Assembly (NCBI RefSeq): GCF_030144855.1
Contig: NC_082725.1
Span: forward strand, 29,946,001 to 30,010,000
DNA from: Hypanus sabinus
Taxonomy: Eukaryota
Direction: 5' to 3'
Length of the DNA stretch: 64,000 nucleotides
Shown: in pieces, positions 39,901-51,950 of the stretch
Position numbering within the stretch: the stretch's first letter is position 1
Layout of the letters: each line of letters starts with the position of its first letter
Program-made: the position numbers and the translations under genes
The notes under the pieces: model-generated
The model's database searches: none
What the model was told of the DNA's origin: nothing
The model's input: only the letters and a program-made list of their open reading frames with translations

Positions 39901-41427
39901 ACAATCCCCGCGGTGGTCGGTGCGGTCCTGAATACTGGTGAGGCAGCGGGGGGTGGTAAGGAGGAACCAGAGCGGTTTGGAAAGATAAGTATAATACCCA
40001 CCAGATTGGAGAACTCTGTTATTTTAGCAAGCCTTGCGGATAAAGTTAGTCACGTAGAGCCTGAACAGTGGGAGCAGGTAACACAGCTCATTAACCGGCA
40101 TACAGACTTATGTCCAGATGTCCCAAGAAGGTGTAGTGGGACAAAACATGTTGTGATAGTTACCTCAACACCGCCTATTAAACAAACCCCTTATCGGATG
40201 AATTCAGAAAAGAGCCAGCTAGTAGGAAAGGAGATTGAACATATGCTAGCTGCTGGGATAATCCACGAATCCTCTTCTGCATGGGCTTCCCCATGTGTGG
40301 TTGTCCCAAAACCAGACGGTACCATAAGATTCTGTACCGATTACAGAAAGGTAAACAATGTCACTCAGACAGATGCTTACCTTATCCCCAGGGTGGGTGA
40401 TTGCATTGATAAACTGGGGAAGGCGAGGTACATCACTAAAATTGACTTGTTAAAGGGGTACTGGTGCGTTCCTTTAACGGACAGGGCTCGGGAAATTTCA
40501 GCCTTTGTCACCCCATCCAGGTTGTATGAGTACAATGTTATTCCGTTCGAAATGAAAAATGCACCAGGGACATTCCAGAGGATGATAGACACAGTGATAA
40601 AAGGGTTAACCCACACCAAGGTTTATCTTGACGATATGGTAGTTTGGAGTGACACCTGGGGGGAGCACATGGAGGCTGTAGAAAACCTGTTTAAGAGGAT
40701 GTCGGCAGCCCAACTTACAGTAAAACTCGCAAAGAGTGAATTTGGTCATGCCATGATCACATACTTGGGGTATGTGGTGAGAGAGGGGCAGTTGGCTCCA
40801 GTGCAAGCGAAGGTACAGGCTATTTCTGAGGTCCCTGTACCCTCCAATAAAAGGGCACTGAGGAGGTTTTTGGACATGGTGGGATACTATTGGAAATTCT
40901 GTAAAAATTTTGCGAATATTGCTCTCCCACTTACAAAACTCCTACGGAAGGAGGAAAAATTTGAATGCAGCCATCCTTGTCAGAATGCTTTTGAAAAGTT
41001 AAAAGCCATATTGTGCCATCACCCGGTGTTAAAAACACCCGATTTGTTAGCACCCTTCTCCCTGGCGACGGACGCGAGTGATGAGGCTGCAGGAGCAGTC
41101 CTCTTTCAGCAAGCAGGGGATGGAGTGGAGCACCCGGTAGCATATTTCTCTCGGAAGTTCAATGTACACCAGAGGAATTACTCTACCATGGAAAAGGAAT
41201 TGTTGGCCCTTGTTTTGGCGATACAACATTTTGAAGTGTACATTTGTCCAGCGCAAAAACCCGTATTTGTTTATACAGATCACAACCTGTTGGTATTCCT
41301 GGCCAATATGAAAAATAAAAACAGGAGGTTATTGAGTTGGAGTCTGATGCTGCAAGAGTTCGATATTAAGATACAGCATATTAAAGGAAATGATAATGTG
41401 CTCGCAGACTGTTTATCTAGATGCTGA
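39799..41427 (+). CDS. Reverse transcriptase-RNase H open segment of pol (non-functional element)
   Basis: PIKQTPYR, RFCTDYRKVN, IDLLKGYW, YLDD, TDASD, YSTMEKELLA, TDH, ADCLSR. Confidence 0.85.
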   Translation: MCKKIDSLNYVFETPDRRKPTQLVHVNMMKGYHETIPAVVGAVLNTGEAAGGGKEEPERFGKISIIPTRLENSVILASLADKVSHVEPEQWEQVTQLINRHTDLCPDVPRRCSGTKHVVIVTSTPPIKQTPYRMNSEKSQLVGKEIEHMLAAGIIHESSSAWASPCVVVPKPDGTIRFCTDYRKVNNVTQTDAYLIPRVGDCIDKLGKARYITKIDLLKGYWCVPLTDRAREISAFVTPSRLYEYNVIPFEMKNAPGTFQRMIDTVIKGLTHTKVYLDDMVVWSDTWGEHMEAVENLFKRMSAAQLTVKLAKSEFGHAMITYLGYVVREGQLAPVQAKVQAISEVPVPSNKRALRRFLDMVGYYWKFCKNFANIALPLTKLLRKEEKFECSHPCQNAFEKLKAILCHHPVLKTPDLLAPFSLATDASDEAAGAVLFQQAGDGVEHPVAYFSRKFNVHQRNYSTMEKELLALVLAIQHFEVYICPAQKPVFVYTDHNLLVFLANMKNKNRRLLSWSLMLQEFDIKIQHIKGNDNVLADCLSRC

Positions 41428-41544
41428 ATTGAATGTATAACTGTATTACTCTGTAGTGAAAAAAAAAACTTTTGTATTGTGTTAGATTCTAAAATCCTGT
41501 AAGACTCTGTATTACTTAGTTTTTACCGTTGGTAAAAACGCGTT

Positions 41545-41556
41545 GAAGAAAGGGGG
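41545..41556 (+). promoter_or_regulatory. Polypurine tract
   Basis: GAAGAAAGGGGG immediately before the 3' LTR TG. Confidence 0.85.
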
Positions 41557-42375
41557 TGTTATACCTGTGCTCTATCTCTGAGGGGCCAAAGGGTACAAAG
41601 TAGCACCCTCCTTTTTGAGAATCACAGGATCGCTATTAATTCAGGTCAGGAGACCCAGGAAATGCGAGAGAGACATTTGGAATGTGTCCTGGCCTCTGCG
41701 ATACAAAGCCACAGATAACGGCCATTGTCTCTTGGAGACGGAATTGTGTCTTGAGTACTGTACTTCATGGAAGTCCTCAGGGGATGACCAGAGTGGGCTG
41801 GTTGAGGGATTGCATCATCCCAACCTGATTGACATCTGAGACCCCGTGAGTCAGAATAAAAGAGGGTCTGGGGAACAACCCCTTTAGACGCACCAGGAGA
41901 AACGCTAGAAATCCTGTGACAGCGTTTAATAGTGACAGCCAGTGGAGGGCCCACGTGTGTCCTTTCCCGTTGCCTGGGATTGAGGCCTTACCACGGAAGA
42001 CGGCTTAGATAAAGAAGAGATCACCACCGACGACATTTCGAAGGATCGACATCATAAAAAGGAAAACGGACAAGTTCTAAAAAAATCGTCTCTCTCTCTC
42101 CAACCAAAAGCTGCAGCCTGAATGAACTTGAGTGACTTTTATATTTCCATAGGACAAAACATTATCCCCTAGACAACGATAGAGCTAATTCTTATTGATT
42201 ATTATTATACCTGCGCTTTTAGAGTTAGTATTGATGACGTATATTATCTGTATGTTTGCATTGATATTATTTTTGTGTATTTTTATCAATAAATACTGTT
42301 AAAAATAGTATCACCAGACTTCAACAGACCTCTCTATCTTTGCTGGTAAGTGACCCAGTTATGGGGTATGTAACA
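41557..42375 (+). repeat. 3' LTR
   Basis: Direct repeat of 35778-36593. Confidence 0.95.
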
Positions 42376-42994
42376 AAGGATAAAAGAGGGGTCTGGGGAA
42401 CAACCCCTTTAGACGCACCAGGAGAAACGCAGGAAATCCCGTGACAGTGTTTAATAGCGACAACCAGTGGAGGGCCCACGTGTGTCCTTTCCCGTTGCCT
42501 GGGATTGTGGCCCTACCACGGAAGAACGGTTTAGCTAAAGAAGAGGCCACACTTGAATGGCCACGATAACGAGACACCTGACGGATCGAAATCATAAAGG
42601 AAAGCCGGCAAGTTTTTCTCCAAATCTCTCTCTCTCTCCAACAATTGAAACACAGAGGTCCTCAACGGCTGCAGCCTGTATGAACTGAATGAACTATATA
42701 TTTCCATCGGACAATACATTATCCCCTAGACAATGATAGAGCTTATTTCTTATTATTATACCTGCACTTTTAGATTTAGTATTAATGACATATGTTATCT
42801 GTATATTTGCATTGATATTATTTTTGTGTATTTTTACTAATAAATACTGTTAAAAATAGTATCACCAAACTCCAACAGACGTCTCTATCTTTGCTTGTAA
42901 GTAACCTAGTTACGGGGTTTGTAACAGACAGGAAATACAGAAGTTAAATTTTGGGAGGCAAAGGTACATAATTATTACAGTACCACCACAGCTC

Positions 42995-43949
42995 ATTAGG
43001 TCATGGTGGTTCCTAGCTGCGAATTATCAATCTCATATTCCCCGCTCCTTTTCTCTCCCTGTACTCCTGCAACTTTTTTTCTCCTAGGTGCTCATCTACT
43101 CCCCTTTTATTTTTTTTGTCATTTTACCCCCATAAGAGGGCAATTCACATGGGAGAATTAACCGACAATGCACACTTTTTGATATGTTGAGAAATTAGAC
43201 AGCCATTTTTTTTCAAGTTTCTGCTATTTGCATTTCTTTGAATTTCAGACTTTTTTTCTGCTATTGGTGTTGCTGATCATGGGAAAGCAACAAGGACCCT
43301 GTGAGGGGTGACCTCATTGAAACCTATTGAATGACGAAAGGCTGTTTTCCTCTCAGCCCAATCTCTTGCTGTCACTCTGTATTCCCTTATACCCTGACCA
43401 ATCAAGAATCTATCAACCTCTGTCTAAAATATACATAAAGACAGCCTCCACAAATGCCTGCAGCAACAAATTCCAGATTCACCACTCTCTGGCTAAAGAA
43501 ATTCCTCCTCATCTCTGTTCTAAAATGTTGTCCTTCTATTCTGAGGCTGTGTCCTCTGGTCTTAGAGCCTCCAACCATAGGAAGCATCCTCTCTGCATCC
43601 ACTCTATCAAGGCCTTTCATCATTCAATAAGTTTTAATGGGGTCACCCCTCACAGGATCCTTGTTACTTTCACAGGATCAGCAACAACAATAGCAGAAAA
43701 AATTTGAAATTAAAAGAAATGCAAATATCAGAAACCTGAAATAAAATGGCTGCCTAATTTCTCTTCATATCACAAATTGTGTTTTGCCAGTTAATTCTCC
43801 AAACTGCCCCCTTATGGAGGTAAATGACAAAAGGATCAAAGGGAATAGATGAGCCCCTAGGAGAAAAAAGTTGCAGAAGTACAGGGAGAGTAAAGGAGGA
43901 GGAGAATATGAGATTGATAACTCTCAGCTGGGAACCACCATGACCCAAT
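42995..43949. repeat. Long inverted duplication, arms 42995-43342 and 43612-43949, CR1 spacer
   Basis: GGTCATGGTGGTTCC...GAAAGGC mirrored by GCCTTTC...GGAACCACCATGACC. Confidence 0.9.
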
Positions 43950-44803
43950 AAGTTTGTGGAGCAGACTCGAAGGGCCAAATGGCCTAATTCTGCTCCTATA
44001 TCTTATGGTCTTAACGGAATAAACAATACAAGTAACTTTCATTTCTGGAACAAGGATTTCACAAGTTCTGCTGTACACAGGACCTGCAGGTATGTTTCAC
44101 GTGGAATCCCTAACAGCAATAGGTATGAAGAAGGGGAAAAGGAGTGGATAACCCAGGGTCCCTGTCAAATCCTCCCTCTGATACTCAAATCATTCAGGGT
44201 GAAAAGGTAGCTAGAGATGATCCTCACTAAGGAAGGAATAGCAGAATGGACTTTGTGCCGAATTTTGTCTCTCCTGCGTTATTCTCACCTCCAAATTCAG
44301 GCTCCGCAGAGAAACAGACTCTAGCCTGTTAATTTAAAGTTTATTGTTGGGCACTTTATATCTTTATATGTTCTAATAGTTTCAACTACAAACCATGTTT
44401 GTGATCCTGATTACATTCAGCAAGGCTATGGAGGCTATTAATGTTGTATAGAACCTATTAATAATAATTCGCCAAGAGCTTTTCTTCAAGTATAGCTTCA
44501 TTGCATTTGCTTGGCATTTAAGTTACTTTAGAAATATGATTTGACTGCCCTATTTAATTGTTGGGCACTTTCAAAAACCGCTTTATCAACTTCAAGAGAA
44601 TGCAGCAAAATATAGTAAATTTGGGAAAGGTAGAGGGAAAATGGATCAGTCATGATGAAATGGCAGAGAAGACAAGATGGGCCAAATGGCCTTATTCTGC
44701 TCCTATGTCCTGTAGTCCTTACAGCATTCTCATTTCTTTATCTGTATTGTCATCTAGTGGATCCATTTTAAATTTCCTAACTTATTTTCTTGTTTGTTTT
44801 CAG

Positions 44804-44920
44804 AATGCTCCACACATCAGCTCCTGAAGATTAACTGACTGAGGAAAGAAATATTCAACTGGTCCACTCACTTTAGTCTACTGCAGAACTACTGTGAAAT
44901 ACTTAAATCTTGCCGCACAA
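44804..44920 (+). other. Candidate non-coding exon
   Basis: cctaac-ttattttcttgtttgttttcAG strong acceptor; CAA|GTAGGT donor; stops in all frames. Confidence 0.25.
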
Positions 44921-46209
44921 GTAGGTGAAATATTATTCCTCCATTTTCATATTTTTTTGTATTTGATAAATTCTAAAAGACAACTGATAGTAATCGCTAT
45001 CATTTCAACCACCAGATTGCAAACTGTCACTGTCTAATCCAAAACTAGTTTTCAAATACCATGGGTACGATATGTCTGTCAGTTTCTTGTGCATGTGTTT
45101 CATAAATTTACATTGCATTACATTAATTTATGACCTACATGTCAAGTGCATCATCCACAGCTGGTGTTGACGTCGCTAACAATCCTGATATAATAACTAT
45201 CAAAACAGTTCTTAATGGGATTGGTAGTGAGGAAAGATAATTTGATCTCTGGCTACAATCTCTTTCAACAGGACCATCTGCACAAAGAATAGTATATTCC
45301 AAGCACCTGTTTTTTTAATGTGTTAAAAGTCACTGAACGACAGGCTAGCAAGGCTACACTATGCTGTATAATTATCAATCACCACACTGTACTGGAGCAG
45401 TCTCCAAGTAGAAGTAACACTTTTTTGTTTAAACATTGGCCGACACTTCATTGCCAATCAGCCAGGCAGCAGTAAGCTCCTCCATTCACCACTTGCTCTG
45501 CATCCCAATCACTTTGCTGTGGCTTGAAAGGAGTATTAAGCACAAGGTCCCACTGCTTTACATAGCTAATTGGATTTATTTCAGACAGGCAATTATTATC
45601 CTGAGCTGCCATCTCATATAGCACTCAAAAATATTCAGCAGACTGGAGTAATGGCTGCAATAGTACTTCAAAGGAAAGAAACTTTGGATGGGCTCCCAGC
45701 ATCTGATTTAATGAATGAGCTACATTAGCACTGACCAAGTTGGAGAAAACCTGATGAAAATCCTCAGTATTGACGATAATCAGCTTGTGGAAATGCTGTT
45801 ACTCCTCTGCCATTGCTTCACTGCAGGAATAATTCCAAAGTTAGCTCAATTCTGCATCTGACAGGAGATAGAGGTAGATTTTTGATCTGAAGTGCTATAA
45901 TTTGGTGATTAAGAACCAGCAGCCCAATTTATTAGTGGAAGTAAAATTAAAAAGCGTAGATAAGTAGCAATTCTCCCATCTCCTCTAATGGATTGCATTC
46001 TCACCTCATTTACTTATCTGAATCCAGCTCCAACAGCATTTTGTGTTCTTGTTAATTGTCCTCCAGCAGCTGTCTCCCATCTTCATTCTCCCCTCTTCCC
46101 ACCTTCATCTGTTGTTTTTTCCCCCCTTTGCCTTCATCTATCATTCACCTACAACAGAGTTCAAACTCCACCCTCGATAACCTCCCCTACCTGGCAAACC
46201 TGGCTGTTG

Positions 46210-46950
46210 TTCTACACACACGAGGTACTGCAGATGCTGGAAATCTAGAGTGATACACACAATGACAGGTCTCAGCCTGAAACTTCGACTGTTCTTTTTC
46301 CCATCCATTGATGCTGTCTGACCTGCTGAGCTCTTCCAGTATGCTGATTGTGTATCTTACACCTCTTCTCAGTCCAGCAATCTCCTCAGAATACTTATTT
46401 ACCACTCCCTTTCCCCTCTCTATGTTGGCCATTTTGCCTCTCCACTCTCAGACCTACCTGAACCCCCCATTTATTTATTTGTGTGTTAAGCTACCATCCT
46501 GTCTTACAACCAGCGAGCACAGGGCAGTCTTTACCGGTTTCCAAAGCTACCAGCGAGACTATGTCACAGGTTTTCAGAAGCCTTCCAGCTGACAAGTTAG
46601 GCCTTCTACATATGGGCTGCAATGAGGAAGTACAGGCAATGGGGTGGTGGGGGCTGGAGAAGGGGGGAAAAGGAAAAGAAAACCATAGTCAATGATTCCA
46701 GGAGGGAAGGTGGAGGATGGAATGTCACCAGGGGATGAAGCCAACAAGACCTCTTCTGTTATAATTTCAAAGTAGGTAGAATTCTATTATAAACAAGAGA
46801 AAATCTGCAGTTGCTGGTAATCCAAGCACAAAATGCTCGATGAACTCAGCAGGCCAGGCAGCATCTATGGAAAAGTACAGTCGATGTTTCAGGCCATGAC
46901 CCTTCATCTTGTGTGTGCATTTATCTCGTGCATTTTGTATGTGTTGCTAG
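46210..46950. mobile_element. Two short Penelope-like terminal fragments (~46210-46350, ~46790-46950)
   Basis: CTGCAGATGCTGGAAATC...GAAACTTCGACTG and GAACTCAGCAGGCCAGGCAGCATCTATGG. Confidence 0.65.
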
Positions 46951-47944
46951 AACTTTTCTAACTACAGCTATGTACATTCTAATTTTGGACATTCAGAGAT
47001 ATCCCAACTGTTGCCATGATTTATCAGAGAACCAAAATTGTTTGCTCAGTATTATGCTGGAGATTCAAGTTACAAATCAGAGATAAGAATTTTAGGAGTC
47101 AAGACTGGCATTCTGTTTGCATGGTGAAGGAGTACTATGTTTTCAGAACTGCATGAAACTGAAGATCCATGTACCCTCACATGAATGCTCAATATTCCTT
47201 CGTGTAGCTGAATTCTGCTCCTTGATCTCATGGTCCTCTTGTGTAGTTTTAATGAAGTACAGGAGATTTATTCCTAATATTCTAGCTAATATTTATTTGT
47301 CAATAGTAATCACTAAAATACATAATAAAGCTTAGTCATTCCATGATATCAATGAAATTGGAAACTGGGGTTACATAATCAACCTAAGTGAAAATTACCT
47401 GCCTTACACTATTTCATGTATAAAAACTGAGAAATCTGCCAAGTGTTGCATAGGTTTGTGCCTTAAAGGCCATTTGAGGAAAGTTCAGGCAAGATATCAC
47501 TTTTGTCTCAAGTATCCTCAAATGGCCTTCAATGAGCAAACAGCATTACATTTTAACATCTTTATGCTGGAGCCCCTGATAATTCAAATCTCACAGAAAA
47601 CGTCACACATCATGACCTTGTGTTTATCTCACATCTGACTAAACAGTCTCGGTATTTATTCTGATCTTTCTCGACTCATGAGAGAGCTGCCTCAATCACT
47701 TCTGTGAGCGCTTGGAATACTCGTACACCTGTACTGCTACAAATATTATTTCTGCGTAGTGCTATGACCCAAGGTGAGATTTGTATTTGACATTAGATCC
47801 TTATTCAGTAGGTCTGGGGGGAGGGGGGGTCACTCTTACAGCATAATTAAAATAGCTTTATTTTATTCAGAATTTATATAATCATTTCACCACATTTATT
47901 CAAGTTCCAAAACTTCCACTTTCAGCCAATAATTAGCAGCCATT

Positions 47945-48720
47945 TCAATAGGTTCAATAGATATATTTAATGTCAGAGAAATGTATACAACATACATGCT
48001 GAAATTCTTTTTCTTCACAAACATCCACGAAAACAAAAGAGTGCCCCAAAGAATGAATGACAGTTAAACACTAGAAACCCAAAGCCCCACCCCCCACCAA
48101 CAAAAAAAGTACCGGCACCCTCCACCGAGCACTCAAGCATACAGCAAACCATCAGTAATGACACAGACTTGCAGTACCCCAAAGACTACTCGCTCACTCA
48201 GTAATTCAAAATACCACAGGATCTCTCTCTCTCTCTCTCCCTAATAAGGGAAAAAGAGGTGTCCCATTTCACAGCAAGAGGGGAGACATAGCAAACAACT
48301 CACTGGTTTATGGTTTTGAAAGTCTATTGTGTTGCTTTTTCTGAATTCTGTGCCCAAAGAACTCATGTCTCTGGACACACAGCCCATGGCAGCTAGCCTG
48401 CTGCTTCTGATCTTCTGTGTTCTCCCATGATGCCTCAGTCAGTGGCACCAGCCTTGAATCAGCCCATCTCCAGATCACAAAAATCCAGCACCCTAAAGGT
48501 GCACAGGCCTTCCAGGTCGCGTCCTTGGCATATCGAAAAGCGGCTGGTCGTGAGGCCTTGAGAGTGGGTCCCGTTCCCACAACTAACCAAAATCAGAGTG
48601 TAATTCCAGGTCAGGGTCTTCAAAAGAATCTTGAAAGGGAAAGAAAGAGATATCAAAGATAGAAATACAGCTGTTTCTGAAGATACAAGCAAAGGAGTCA
48701 CCACTTAGCATCATCATTAC
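47945..48720 (-). mobile_element. Non-autonomous retroposon
   Basis: Reverse-complement homolog of 57960-58740. Confidence 0.75.
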
Positions 48721-49005
48721 TAAGCACTGCCCTTAAAGAAATATGTGCACAAACCTAAATATTCCCCTATCCCCTTGATATATGGTAATATTTATCAACC
48801 TTCATTTTTTCTTCCCATGTGTCTCGGTATATACCTCAGTAATATTTTGTCTGAAGCTGCATCTCAGTAAGTTAATGATTAATATTTATAGCATATTGGC
48901 ATTGACAATGTTTATTGTCCATTTCCTAAGTGGCCTTGAGTGTTGGAGTGCCTCTTCCTTGAACAGTTGCATTCCATCTGTTGCAAGTGCTCTAATGATG
49001 TTCTG

Positions 49006-49154
49006 AGTATTAACGACGTATATTATCTGTATATTTGCATTGATATTATTTTTGTGTATTTTTACTAATAAATACTGTTAAAAATAGTATCATCAGACTT
49101 CAACGGACGCCTCTTTCTTTGCTGGTAAGTAACCCAGTTACGGGGTTAGTAACA
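49006..49154 (+). mobile_element. 3' end fragment of a Gmr1-family LTR
   Basis: Highly similar to 42778-42926, ends GTAACA. Confidence 0.9.
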
Positions 49155-49159
49155 CTAAC

Positions 49160-50028
49160 GATATTGCAATGGCCAATGCCCTTTCTAAGGCTTGGTCTCT
49201 TTCTGACAGTAGCCTGTTCTGAGTACTCTGACTGTGTATACCACACATAAACTTGTCTATTAATGCATCAGAAAGTCCATCTCTAAAGTCACAGTACTGG
49301 GAAAATTTGTGCAGTTCTGCAATCTATTCAGAAATATTTTCATCCTTTGTCTGGTTCCTTCTTGTGAAATCTGAATCTCACAATTATTACTAGTGCCTTA
49401 GGGCTCAAGTGATTTTGCAAAATCGCAACAATTTTGTTGAATGTCTTGCTTGCTGGCTTTTCTGGAGTACTAAAAGACTATACATTTTAGTACCCATTAA
49501 GCTAGGAAATGTGGAGATTTTCTTTACATCCACATCGTTAGAATTACAATACAGTTCAAGCCTCTCGATAGACGATTCCCAGTCCTAATTAGCACTATCA
49601 AATTTGGCAACTTTCCGAACTAGGACATCATCACATTATTTTTACTTTAGCTTTACTCATTGTGCAGTGTTCGCTGTGCACTGTTACTCATTTGCCCTTT
49701 TCTAGCATCCATGACCACCTTCTCCATCACCACACTGGTTCACTTCACTCTGTCCTCTTGTTGTCTCTCTTCCTTCCTCCAAATTCTGTCATCTTATAAC
49801 TGTTAGTGCAGTTAGTGTCATCTGTTGACAGTCAGGTTTGTACTTGTTGTCAATTTGTTGTGTACGTATGGCTACATATCTGACAAATAAAGGCACGTAG
49901 TTGGAGAAATCAACGTGTATATTCACTTTGCAGAGAGAGCAACAAATCAATGTGCACACACAAGTTAACAGTCAATAATTAGTGCTAAGGAAGTCATTTC
50001 ACTAAAGGAAATAGATAAATAGATGACA
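49160..50028 (-). mobile_element. Different Gypsy element: LTR (~49856-50028) and decayed gag
   Basis: Broken minus frames give DWESSIERLELYC, PEKPASKTF, QNHLSPK, SQYCDFRDGLSDAL; PBS-like remnant beside a TG..CA segment. Confidence 0.7.
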
Positions 50029-50029
50029 G

Positions 50030-50760
50030 GTGTCTACACGGTCCAGATGCTCTAAAGATGAGTGTAAGATGAGGGATGTGCCATCCACTGGAAAAAGACA
50101 TTTTGGCAGTGGGAAAATTGTGGTTTGTCAAGGTTGTGTGGAAAGCTGGAGCTGATGTGTGCCGTGACCAACTTCTCGAAGCACTCTATGATGGTAGATG
50201 TCAGGATCGTTGGTGGTACTTATTAAGGCACATTAACTTATTTTTCTTGGATGTGGGGGTTGATTTCAACATTGAAGAGGAATTTGGACATGGATGAGAG
50301 AGGTATGGAGGGCACTGGTCCAGGTATATGACAATGGGACTAAGCAGATTAATGTTTCGACACAGATGAGATGAGTTGAAGGACTTATATCCTGTATTGT
50401 AGCTCCCATGATGTTTGTGGTCTTCTTAAAACAGGAGAGGATGACAGCCTGAAGCAGGGAGTGGTTAAATATAACTGTAAATGACTCTGCCAACTCATCT
50501 ACACAGGATCCAAGGAAAAATGCCTCGGACACCATCATGGCACAATGATTTGTGCAGGTTCACCCTCCGAAAGCTGACCCTATGTCCTTACAGTCAGTTT
50601 TCCAGGAGACTGTCAGGGTGGGTAGTGACATACCCAAACCCCTTTGTTCAATATCTGCATAGATTTTGTTAAGCGCATAGGGAAGTGATATGATTTTGTC
50701 AGCAATGCAGCCAAGCTTTGTTTTGTAACCCGTTATACAGCGGTATGTAGGCCCTGCCAT
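50030..50760 (-). mobile_element. Decayed Rex1-type RT fragment
   Basis: DELAESFTVIFNHSLLQAVILSCFKKT (ORF 50266-50538). Confidence 0.65.
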
Positions 50761-50793
50761 GGCTGCCAGCTAGACTAAAACAATACTACTTAC

Positions 50794-50839
50794 CACCTTC
50801 CAATCCATGCTTTGGTGTCAGGACAGTCTTCTTCATTTC
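50794..50839 (-). other. Candidate 46-nt exon
   Basis: ttctgtttgggatttctcAG acceptor; GTG|GTAAGT donor. Confidence 0.3.
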
Positions 50840-51554
50840 CTGAGAAATCCCAAACAGAATTACTTTAATCCTTTTTCAGAGCTCTTCTTACAGATACTGT
50901 ACTGCAATCATTTTCACTGATTTTACTCTGCTTAAAGAACACTGGTGGGAAATTAGTCACTGCTAATGGTGTACGATTGTACTGATCCCCAGTTGCACTC
51001 AGCACCTGATACCCAGAACTGTGTGAAAAGGACTCCCGATTTTGATGAGACAGTGAATGTCTAATTCTTATGCCCCTTTCTTGTGATCAGTCATCTGGAC
51101 TTAATTTTGTACAGTGTGAAATTATTCTGTTTCTGATTGTGTGTTTCAGGTTCCTATGAAATAAAGAGTTGCACATTACCACTGAAAATATTCAGCAAGG
51201 AATTTAAGAGAAGCAGGGGTGTAGATATTTTTGTAATCTTACACAGCATAAGGATCTAAAATATTAGAGCGAGGATATCAAGGCTGTACCAGATCAAGGT
51301 TAGCATTTGCTGATACAACACCAGACAAGTCTAAGTCTTTTAACCTATGAATTGTTCCTAGTAATATCTTAGCTGGAACCTGACTGTCAACTCTTAAGTA
51401 AGCTGTTTCTAGTTAAAGGTCACGAGCTATAGAAGCTGCATAAGGCATGTCCATTATAAAGTCTTTAGGGGAATTATTAGAAATGCAGCAAAGGAGAAGG
51501 AATGTTGTCTTTGGTTTTCCAGGATTCACAGCCCTCAGAACTGCTCAGTAATGG

Positions 51555-51950
51555 CGTAACTTCAGATAGTGCTCACAATTTATAAACTCAAAATCATAAG
51601 CTCAGAAATTGTAGTTTATATCGGTCTCCTCAATTTTCCGTGTCCTGTTGCAAATTGACGGATGGGCGATATGTTACTTTCTGTGTGACGGAGGAGTTGG
51701 CGATTTGGGGTCTGATGCTCTGTTGGTGTTCTTGCGACATTTTTCTGTGCGAGGGAGGGGCTGGGAAGTTTGGGGTTTGCAAGATGTGTTTTTTTTATCT
51801 TCTTCATGCGGGGGGTGGGGTTGATGTCTCCTCCCACCACCCACCCCCAATAATCTCCATGGTTTTTCTCTATTTCAGTGCTATTTGGAAAAGACAAATA
51901 TTAGAGTTATATTGTACGTGCATACTTTGACAATAAAATGATTCTTTGAG
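51555..51950 (+). mobile_element. Non-autonomous retroposon fragment
   Basis: Ends TTTGACAATAAAATGA, like the Rex-type tails elsewhere in the window. Confidence 0.5.

Larger units (their letters stand above)
35778..42375 (+). mobile_element. Full-length Gmr1-like Ty3/Gypsy LTR retrotransposon (defective)
   Basis: Two ~816-819 bp LTRs, PBS, PPT, AAGG TSD, gag-PR-IN-RT-RH order. Confidence 0.95.
35392..42926 (+). mobile_element. Solo LTR of Gmr1-like family, split into 35392-35777 and 42380-42926
   Basis: TGTTAC...GTAACA ends; 5-bp TSD GACAG (35387-35391, 42927-42931); halves join into a sequence colinear with the inner LTRs. Confidence 0.92.

Noticed and set aside
35867-41954. Paired 102-aa minus ORFs (35867-36175, 41646-41954)
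   Set aside because: They are the same LTR sequence read antisense; no domain is recognisable
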